Assembly: GCA_902520385.1 (NCBI GenBank) | Contig: CABYOB010000002.1 | Coordinates: forward strand, 5,842 to 69,841 | Direction: 5' to 3' | Length of the DNA stretch: 64,000 bases | Origin: an uncultured Bacteroidota bacterium | GTDB taxonomy: Bacteria > Bacteroidota > Bacteroidia > Flavobacteriales > TMED113 | Shown here: piece after piece, positions 57,312 to 64,000 of the stretch | Layout: each line of letters opens with the position of its first letter | How positions within the stretch are numbered: position 1 is the stretch's first letter | Made by a program: the position numbers and the translations under genes | Notes under the pieces: model-generated | Told to the model about the DNA's origin: nothing | The model's input: only the letters and a program-made list of their open reading frames with translations | Database searches by the model: none

Positions 57312-58832
57312 ATGAAAAAAACTTTACTTAATATAATGACAATTTTTCTATGTCAGATTTTGATTAGTCAAACAAATCACACAATAAATGCGGGTAGTTT
57401 TTACTATTCTCCGTCATCACTAACAATAAATCAAGGTGATATTGTCACTTGGATTAATGATGGAGGTTTACACGACGTTAATGGAGCTATTAACTCATTA
57501 AATGATGAACCTTACAATAATCCCGAATCATTTGACTCTCCATCAACTAATGAGGTGGGAGCTGTGATATATACTCATACATTTGATATCCCAGGAGAAT
57601 ATAATTATGATTGTTCAGTAGGTCTACACGCTCAAAATGGAATGGTTGGTCAAATAACTGTTTTACCAGCAACCAACACAGTAGTTGATATTATTGTAGG
57701 TTCTGAAGACCATAATACATTAGAAACAGCAGTTATTGCAGCAGGCCTAGTTGATGCATTAAGCGGTGAGGGTCCTTTTACTGTATTTGCCCCTACTGAT
57801 GATGCCTTTGATGCTCTTCCTGAGGGCACTTTAGACGCTGTGCTTGCTGATGTGGATTTATTAACATCTATTCTAACTCACCACGTTGCTTCTGGATCAG
57901 TAATGTCAACAGATTTATCAGATGGAATGATGGTAACTACGTTAAATGGAACAGAATTAATGGTTACTATTAACGATGACGGTGTAATGATAGATAACGC
58001 AATGGTTACGGTAGCTAATATAATGGCTGATAATGGTGTTGTTCATGTAATTGATGCTGTATTAATTCCTGAAGATGGTTGCGAAAATAATGATGATCAA
58101 ATAGAAAATATTTTTGGCTCAATGTTTGTGACAGGTTGTGACACTCTAATTTCATACTTAATGTCAAATTACAATTATTCAGAATATGAATCATGTAATT
58201 GGAATGGACAACCAATGTATGAACTAGGCACAACAATCTCATCAATATGTGAATGTTCATGTGAAGGGGTAGAAGAGGAAACTACAACAGTAGTTGATAT
58301 TATTGTAGGATCTGAAGACCATAATACATTAGAAACAGCAGTTATTACAGCAGGTCTAGTTGATGCATTAAGCGCTGAGGGTCCTTTTACTGTATTTGCT
58401 CCTACTGATGATGCTTTTGATGCTCTACCTGAGGGTACTTTAGATGCTGTACTTGCTGACATGGACTTATTAACATCTATTCTAACTCATCACGTTGCTT
58501 CCGGATCAGTAATGTCAACAGATTTATCAGATGGAATGATGGTAACCACCTTAAATGGAACAGAATTAATGGTTTCTATTAATGATAACGGCGTAATGAT
58601 TGATAACGCAATGGTTACTGTAGCTAATATAATGGCTGATAATGGTGTTGTTCACGTAATTGATGCTGTATTAATTCCTGAAACATCTTCTACACTTGAA
58701 AGTCAAAATTTCAATGAAGACAAGATTTTACATTATGTAGACTATTTAGGAAGAAAAACAAATTCTAATAGTGGATTATTAATTGAAATATATGAATCAG
58801 GGAAAACTATAAAAAAATACTTAACTAAATAA
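57312..58832 (+). CDS. Secreted cupredoxin (plastocyanin-like) + 2x fasciclin (FAS1) protein with short T9SS-like tail
   Basis: Likely start MKKTLL at 57312. Type-1 Cu ligands H...CSVGLHAQNGM; FTVFAPTDDAF and NGVVHVIDAVL twice; tail DYLGR...IYESGKTIKK. Confidence 0.87.
   Translation: MKKTLLNIMTIFLCQILISQTNHTINAGSFYYSPSSLTINQGDIVTWINDGGLHDVNGAINSLNDEPYNNPESFDSPSTNEVGAVIYTHTFDIPGEYNYDCSVGLHAQNGMVGQITVLPATNTVVDIIVGSEDHNTLETAVIAAGLVDALSGEGPFTVFAPTDDAFDALPEGTLDAVLADVDLLTSILTHHVASGSVMSTDLSDGMMVTTLNGTELMVTINDDGVMIDNAMVTVANIMADNGVVHVIDAVLIPEDGCENNDDQIENIFGSMFVTGCDTLISYLMSNYNYSEYESCNWNGQPMYELGTTISSICECSCEGVEEETTTVVDIIVGSEDHNTLETAVITAGLVDALSAEGPFTVFAPTDDAFDALPEGTLDAVLADMDLLTSILTHHVASGSVMSTDLSDGMMVTTLNGTELMVSINDNGVMIDNAMVTVANIMADNGVVHVIDAVLIPETSSTLESQNFNEDKILHYVDYLGRKTNSNSGLLIEIYESGKTIKKYLTK
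57678..58682 (+). repeat. Near-identical 396-bp direct repeat (FAS1 domain duplication)
   Basis: 57678-58073 versus 58287-58682 differ mostly at synonymous positions. Confidence 0.92.
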
Positions 58833-58839
58833 CAATAAC

Positions 58840-58921
58840 TTAATCTAGGCCTCACAATAAATTTTTCAAAATGGGGTATTCGTTAAATGGTTTCTGTAAC
58901 CAAATGTGAGGCTTAGATTAA
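58840..58921 (+). ncRNA. Structured RNA element: 17-bp stem enclosing the CAAAAUGGGGUAUU motif
   Basis: TTAATCTAGGCCTCACA (58840-58856) pairs with TGTGAGGCTTAGATTAA (58905-58921) with one G-U pair on the + strand. The loop carries CAAAATGGGGTATT (58867-58880) and a TGGTT-N5-AACCA mini-hairpin. Confidence 0.55.
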
Positions 58922-58935
58922 ATATACCTTCAACT

Positions 58936-59262
58936 ATGAAAATTTTTGAAAAAAGTATCATCTTAATATCACTAGCTTTTTTATTTACAGCTAGCTCTTT
59001 TTCTCAAATTGTCATTCCAAATAAATTAGAAAATCCAAATGAGAAAGTTTTGAAAAAAATAGAAAGATCTAAAATTTGGATAACCGGCCAGTGGGTTGAA
59101 CAAAACAATAAATATATATGGAAAAATGGTTGCTGGAAAAACAAGCGACCAGGTTTTATTTTTTTACCTGGATATTGGAAGAAATTAAGTTCTGGCTGGA
59201 CATGGATATCTGGATTTTGGAAAGAAATAAATATTGAAACATGGAATAAACTATACTCATGA
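58936..59262 (+). CDS. YXWGXW/WXXGXW-repeat secreted protein
   Basis: Likely start is ATG 58936. Signal peptide; WITGQW, WKNGCW, FLPGYW, WISGFW. Confidence 0.78.
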   Translation: MKIFEKSIILISLAFLFTASSFSQIVIPNKLENPNEKVLKKIERSKIWITGQWVEQNNKYIWKNGCWKNKRPGFIFLPGYWKKLSSGWTWISGFWKEINIETWNKLYS

Positions 59263-59271
59263 TTTATTTAA

Positions 59272-59679
59272 ATGAGTAGTGTATTAATCAATATTATTTT
59301 AAATTCAATTCTATTGGGGATAATTTTATTAACCCAATTCGTTAATTACCCTTTGTTCAAAAAAATCAATAATGATTTCGTTTTCTACCACGCTGACTAT
59401 ACTAATAGAATGAGTTATGTTGTGGCCCCTATTATGACCTTTGAGCTTTTAACGGTAACTATAATTTTTTTCAACAATCCTGTCACCAGCTTAACATTAA
59501 TAATTTTACTAACGACAATTTTAATTTGGGCAAGTACATTCTTCATTCAAGTGCCAATCCATAATAAAATAGGATATAAAAAAGATATACACAAAATCAA
59601 CAGATTAATTAAATCTAATTTAATTAGAACCTCTTTGTGGTCTGTTAAATTAATTTTTTCAATATTACTTTTTTTATAA
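59272..59679 (+). CDS. Conserved four-TM membrane protein
   Basis: QFVNYP, YH, VAPIM, STFFIQVPIH, NLIRT; hydrophobic helices. Confidence 0.65.
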   Translation: MSSVLINIILNSILLGIILLTQFVNYPLFKKINNDFVFYHADYTNRMSYVVAPIMTFELLTVTIIFFNNPVTSLTLIILLTTILIWASTFFIQVPIHNKIGYKKDIHKINRLIKSNLIRTSLWSVKLIFSILLFL

Positions 59680-60101
59680 TGATTATAAACACAACGCACT
59701 TAGATAATGAAAAAAAAATTCTCATACAGAGTTTAGTTGGAGATAGCATTTCTATATGGGAGAGTTTGTTTATTAAAAGAAAAGGGTCCCATAGAATGAT
59801 TATAAATACTCTAAGTGAAAATTTTAATAACTATTTTAAAAAATATAACGACTTACTTTATGCCAACATTGAACTAAGGGAAAAGGGTATTATAATTAGA
59901 ATATCTGCTAATCTTGAAAGTGTTTCATGGATTATACCTTTCTATAAACTAACTATTTTTAATAGTAATTATTTTAGTATATACTCCGATGATAATTTTA
60001 TGAAATTTAAAAAAGATAAATACTATTCAATAAATAAAAAATTCATCGAATCCTTGATGAACGAAAAAGCCTTCTATATAAATAAATTTAGCGCCAATTG
60101 A
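59679..60101 (+). CDS. Conserved hypothetical protein
   Basis: Coupled ORF in the operon; YANIELREKGII and WIIPFYKL resemble a conserved flavobacterial family. Confidence 0.6.
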   Translation: MIINTTHLDNEKKILIQSLVGDSISIWESLFIKRKGSHRMIINTLSENFNNYFKKYNDLLYANIELREKGIIIRISANLESVSWIIPFYKLTIFNSNYFSIYSDDNFMKFKKDKYYSINKKFIESLMNEKAFYINKFSAN

Positions 60102-60577
60102 AAAGAGTTTGGAACATATCTAATACAGCAATTTATAGTTTAATTTCTTTTGACAAAAACAACGCTCCTAATATTAATATATGTTCCTATGTAAGCGTTG
60201 TTAGCTTAAAGCCCAAATTGTATTTAGTAGCAATTGAAAAAACCAGCAAGACTCATGAAAATCTTTCTGAAAACAGTTTTTGTGTATTACAAATACTTAG
60301 TTCTGATAATATTTCAATTGTGAAATACGTTGGCAAAAAAAGCGGGCGGAAAACTGATAAAATAAATTACTTGAAAAAAAGAAATTTACTAGCATTATGG
60401 CAAAATAAAGAAATACTCAAAAAGTCATCTGGTATTATTTTCCTAAATAAAATAGACACATTAGAAACAATCGGTGACCACACGCTATTTATTTTTGAAA
60501 TCCAAAAGTCAAAAACAATTAATGAATACAATATTTTAACTTTTAACAAGTTGATTGAAAATAAAGTAATTTTATGA
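60098..60577 (+). CDS. Flavin reductase-like (FMN-binding split barrel) protein
   Basis: SLKP, KTHEN, GKKSG...DK, GDH. Confidence 0.8.
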   Translation: MKRVWNISNTAIYSLISFDKNNAPNINICSYVSVVSLKPKLYLVAIEKTSKTHENLSENSFCVLQILSSDNISIVKYVGKKSGRKTDKINYLKKRNLLALWQNKEILKKSSGIIFLNKIDTLETIGDHTLFIFEIQKSKTINEYNILTFNKLIENKVIL

Positions 60578-61653
60578 AAACAAATTATCAGGAGATTATT
60601 AAAATTATAAGTGACCTTGATATTAAAAATTATCATCAAAACCGCAACTACGCTGATGGTAGTATTACTAAAATTTCGCCATATATTTCAAGAGGTATTA
60701 TTTCCACAAAGTTTGTTTTAGAGTCTTTAAAAAAAAAAAATGCTAATTTGAATTTAATTGGAAAGTTCTTACAAGAACTGGCCTGGAGGGATTATTGGCA
60801 AATAGTTTGGCAAAAAAAAAATATTAATGTTGACTTAAAGCATGTGCAAAAAAATGTTGTCAACTTTGGGGTTCCTAAAAATATTTTAACCCGATCTACA
60901 GGAATAAATATAATAGATAAAGCCTTGGATGATTTATTTTCTTTTGGTTACATACATAACCATCTAAGAATGTACATTGCAAGTATTGTGTGCAATATTG
61001 GAAAATGCCATTGGCACATTCCTGCAAAGTGGTTTTATTATCATCTAATAGATGGTGATTGGGGCAGTAATGCTCTTAGCTGGCAATGGGTCTGTGGAAC
61101 AAATAGCTCCAAAAAATATATTGCAAACCAAGAAAATATCAATAAGTTTTTTCATGATAAACAAAAAAATACATTTTTAGATAAATCTTATAATGATTTG
61201 TCAAATTGCAAAATTCCAAATATTCTTGCAGATGTTAAACAACCTAATTTAAAAACTGAAATTCCTCATGGAAATCACAAACCTATTGATAAAGAGAAGC
61301 CTATTTTAATATATAATTATTATAATATTGATCCATTATGGAGAAAAAATTTAAATGCTAATAGAATATTATTATTGGAACCAAGTATTTTTGAGGAATA
61401 TCCGATCAGTGAAAAAGTATTTAAAACATTTTTGAAGTTATCTAAAAACATTAAAGGTCTAAAAATTATAAAATCTGAATTCGAAAGTTTTACTAAAGAT
61501 TATAGTAACTCAAAAATATATTATAAAGAACATCCATTAAACACACACTACAAGGGTATTTGTGATCAACGTGACTGGATGTTTAAAAACCATTCATTCT
61601 ATCCTTCATTTTATAAATTTTGGAATGCCTCAAAAAATGAAATTGGACTTTAA
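60574..61653 (+). CDS. Short photolyase/cryptochrome-family protein, FAD-binding domain first
   Basis: SPYISRG, QELAWRDYW, GYIHNHLRMY, LIDGD...NALSWQW; no N-terminal antenna domain. Confidence 0.85.
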   Translation: MKTNYQEIIKIISDLDIKNYHQNRNYADGSITKISPYISRGIISTKFVLESLKKKNANLNLIGKFLQELAWRDYWQIVWQKKNINVDLKHVQKNVVNFGVPKNILTRSTGINIIDKALDDLFSFGYIHNHLRMYIASIVCNIGKCHWHIPAKWFYYHLIDGDWGSNALSWQWVCGTNSSKKYIANQENINKFFHDKQKNTFLDKSYNDLSNCKIPNILADVKQPNLKTEIPHGNHKPIDKEKPILIYNYYNIDPLWRKNLNANRILLLEPSIFEEYPISEKVFKTFLKLSKNIKGLKIIKSEFESFTKDYSNSKIYYKEHPLNTHYKGICDQRDWMFKNHSFYPSFYKFWNASKNEIGL

Positions 61654-61659
61654 AATATT

Positions 61660-64000
61660 TTAAAACTCTACTATCAATCCTATAGAAGGTAAGAATTGAC
61701 CTTGAGTATTGTCAATATATTTGGGTATATAAAATCCTGGATTATTTGGGTCTTGTATAGGGTCTCCATTGTCATCTCTTTCCACAGTTAAAAATGGAGA
61801 TAAATAAGCCACTTTATTATATATATTTTCTAAATCTAAATACAAATTCAAAGTCCAATTTTTAAAATAATATTTTTTATCTATTCTAATATCTAAGTGA
61901 TGGAAGGGGCTATTTCTTTGAGTATTTAATAATTCATAATCAAGTAATCCCTGACCAAAAGTATTCCAATAATTTTGACTCATTGAACTAAATTCATCAT
62001 AAGGAGTAAATGGATTTGCAGATGTGTATCTCCACTTAAATCCTAGTTCCCAATTTCTTTTAAACCTCTTTGCTGCACAAATATTTACTATGTGTCTTTG
62101 ATCCCAAGATGAAGGTATATGTTCGAGATTTTTGTCTTCAAATTGACTCCAAGAAAGTGTATAAGAAATTAAGCCATAAATACCATCTGTTAATTTTCTT
62201 TGGGTAAAAAACTCCATTCCAAATGCTCGACCTTTAGATGATGAAACTACCTCCTCATCCCCTATTACACCAAAGTCAGCTCCTAAATTAGCAAGGGAAA
62301 TAGAATCTCTAACCAAAAATGGATAATTATTATAGTGTTTGTAAAATCCCTCTAAAGTAATTTTAGTGTTGGATTTAGTAATATACTCCAGACCTGTTAC
62401 AATTTGCTTAGACTGAATATATGTAACATCATTTTTTTTATTAATTAGAACATTGTTTTGGTCTCTGTAACCTAAAACCGTATACGGTGGTAATTGATAA
62501 TAAATACCAGAGTTTACACTGTACTTCAAATTGGAATTTAAATAATATCCAATAGATAGTCTTGGGGCAAATTGTGATAACGGATTCATGTTATTTTGTG
62601 AATAGCTATTAAAATCTGTTCTTAAACCAAAAGATGTCACTAACCTTTCATTTAAAAATTCATTTGTTAACTGCGAGAATATACTATATTTTAAAAAATT
62701 CAACTCTGAATCATAATTATATGGTAAAACTATACCATCAGGTAATGGAATCGGTTTGTAGGTATCATTAGTATAATGTGCATGTTCAAGTCCTAAACCC
62801 AAATTAATTTCATATTTTTTACTTCCAAAAGTATATTCATATCTTAGTTTATTTTCAACTTCCTCAGATAAATAATCTAATATGAGATTTTCCAGAATTT
62901 CTATATTATCTGAATATTTTACTGCATTATTATTTAAATGATTTCTACTTAAAACAAAAGTATGAAATCCTTTGTCTGAAAAATATCTATAATTAGCTCC
63001 AATTGTATAATTCCATTGTTTTTGGACAGGAATATAATCCAGAATATATTGATTTCTTTCAATAGTTGCTAAATCTTCAACTCCTTCGTTAGCTTCTCGA
63101 TTAATGGAAAAATCATCTATGGCACCGAGTCCTATTATTGTTAATTCACTTTTATCACTTAACTTATTAACATACTTAAATTGTATATCATTATACTCTG
63201 GCAAGAAAGGCAACTGCAATGCTTTAAACAAAAACTGTAAGTAAGATTTTCTTGCGGAAAAAATTAGGCCTGAATTTTTTGAAATTGGTGCATCGATCAA
63301 AAGTGCTAAATCACTAGAACCTAAAGTTAAGCTTGTATTAAGTTTCTCTTTATTAGGTCTTTTTTGTGAAAACTCAAAAACAGAACTTAAAACATTTCCT
63401 CTGTTAGCTGGGAAAGCCGCAGAAATAAAATCTACATTTTCTATTAAATTTACATTAATCAAACCTACTGGGCCACCTGATGATCCTTGAGTGGAAAAAT
63501 GATTTATATTTGGGACCTCTATGCCATCTAAATAAAATCCATTTTCATTAGGAGAGCCTCCCCTTATAATAATGTCATTTCTAAAACTAATACTTGTTGC
63601 TACTCCTGGGAAAGTCTGCATTACTTTAGAAATATCTCTATTACCACCTGGGTTTCTTTTTATTTCTGAAACACCAATAGCTTTAAAAGAAACTGGAGTT
63701 TCGTCTGGTGAAAATTCTCTTGCTGAAATGTCAACTTCTTCTAAATAATTACTTCCTGACTCAAGAAATATTTTTTTATAAACTTCCCTTGAATTCGTTA
63801 ATTCTATTTCATATAAAATTTTGGTTTTGTAACCAATAAAAGATGCCTGTAAATTATATAACCCAGGTGAAAGACTGGTTATTTCAAAAAACCCTGATTC
63901 ATCTGTAACTGTACCCTTGTTTTCTCCAACAAGAGATATGTTTACAAAGGGTAACGGGTTGTTATTTAATTTTTCAAGAACAACACCAGAAATCTTTAAA
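61660..64000 (-). CDS. TonB-dependent receptor (5' end beyond the window)
   Basis: The frame stays open upstream of 63621 (LKISGVVLE...PLPFVNI...GTVTDESGFF...SFIGY, carboxypeptidase-regulatory-like N-domain). Plug IIRGG...LDG; terminal VEF. Confidence 0.88.
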   Translation of the reverse strand, partial: LKISGVVLEKLNNNPLPFVNISLVGENKGTVTDESGFFEITSLSPGLYNLQASFIGYKTKILYEIELTNSREVYKKIFLESGSNYLEEVDISAREFSPDETPVSFKAIGVSEIKRNPGGNRDISKVMQTFPGVATSISFRNDIIIRGGSPNENGFYLDGIEVPNINHFSTQGSSGGPVGLINVNLIENVDFISAAFPANRGNVLSSVFEFSQKRPNKEKLNTSLTLGSSDLALLIDAPISKNSGLIFSARKSYLQFLFKALQLPFLPEYNDIQFKYVNKLSDKSELTIIGLGAIDDFSINREANEGVEDLATIERNQYILDYIPVQKQWNYTIGANYRYFSDKGFHTFVLSRNHLNNNAVKYSDNIEILENLILDYLSEEVENKLRYEYTFGSKKYEINLGLGLEHAHYTNDTYKPIPLPDGIVLPYNYDSELNFLKYSIFSQLTNEFLNERLVTSFGLRTDFNSYSQNNMNPLSQFAPRLSIGYYLNSNLKYSVNSGIYYQLPPYTVLGYRDQNNVLINKKNDVTYIQSKQIVTGLEYITKSNTKITLEGFYKHYNNYPFLVRDSISLANLGADFGVIGDEEVVSSSKGRAFGMEFFTQRKLTDGIYGLISYTLSWSQFEDKNLEHIPSSWDQRHIVNICAAKRFKRNWELGFKWRYTSANPFTPYDEFSSMSQNYWNTFGQGLLDYELLNTQRNSPFHHLDIRIDKKYYFKNWTLNLYLDLENIYNKVAYLSPFLTVERDDNGDPIQDPNNPGFYIPKYIDNTQGQFLPSIGLIVEF

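Noticed and set aside
58906..58935. GTG start extension of the WxxGxW ORF
   Set aside because: It lies inside the 3' arm of the RNA stem; ATG 58936 gives a normal signal peptide.

Overview
Strongly AT-rich genomic window from a Bacteroidota bacterium, most likely a compact marine Flavobacteriales lineage. This call rests on gldB/gldC, T9SS C-terminal domains, TTTG-N19-TAnnTTTG promoters and the Flavobacteria-type dcw cluster. Bases 1-33.5 kb are mostly conserved housekeeping genes: hutG-like gene, topA, miaB, a sigma-54 activator, lptE, secG, groESL, the mraZ-ftsZ division cluster, engB, gldBC, nadE, an Fe-S/ferredoxin block and trmB. Bases 33.5-52.7 kb form an accessory block. It holds a phoP-phoR-phoX-VTC(polyP polymerase domain)-DUF4956-DUF2490 run and three secreted, acidic, Cys-rich mosaic proteins (456, 2310 and 1763 aa) that share domains. 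Bases 55-61.6 kb are a probable light-response cluster: a B12-binding CarH/LitR-type MerR regulator, a cupredoxin-fasciclin protein, a flavin reductase and an inverted-domain photolyase. The window ends in a partial TonB-dependent receptor. The strongest non-obvious signals are: (i) two unannotated RNA elements (about 55.0 and 58.9 kb) that share the 14-mer CAAAATGGGGTATT, which is complementary to a motif in the leaders of both giant secreted-protein genes; (ii) the Pho-linked VTC/DUF4956/DUF2490 module with a sensor-less PhoR; (iii) a TGACA-N3-TGTCA/sigma-54 circuit at groESL; (iv) paired TGTATA-N18-TATACA operators at the CarH-like promoter; and (v) a poly-C frameshift in an alpha/beta hydrolase. 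No rRNA, tRNA, CRISPR array or transposase was recognised. All family assignments come from motif recognition by eye, not from database searches.
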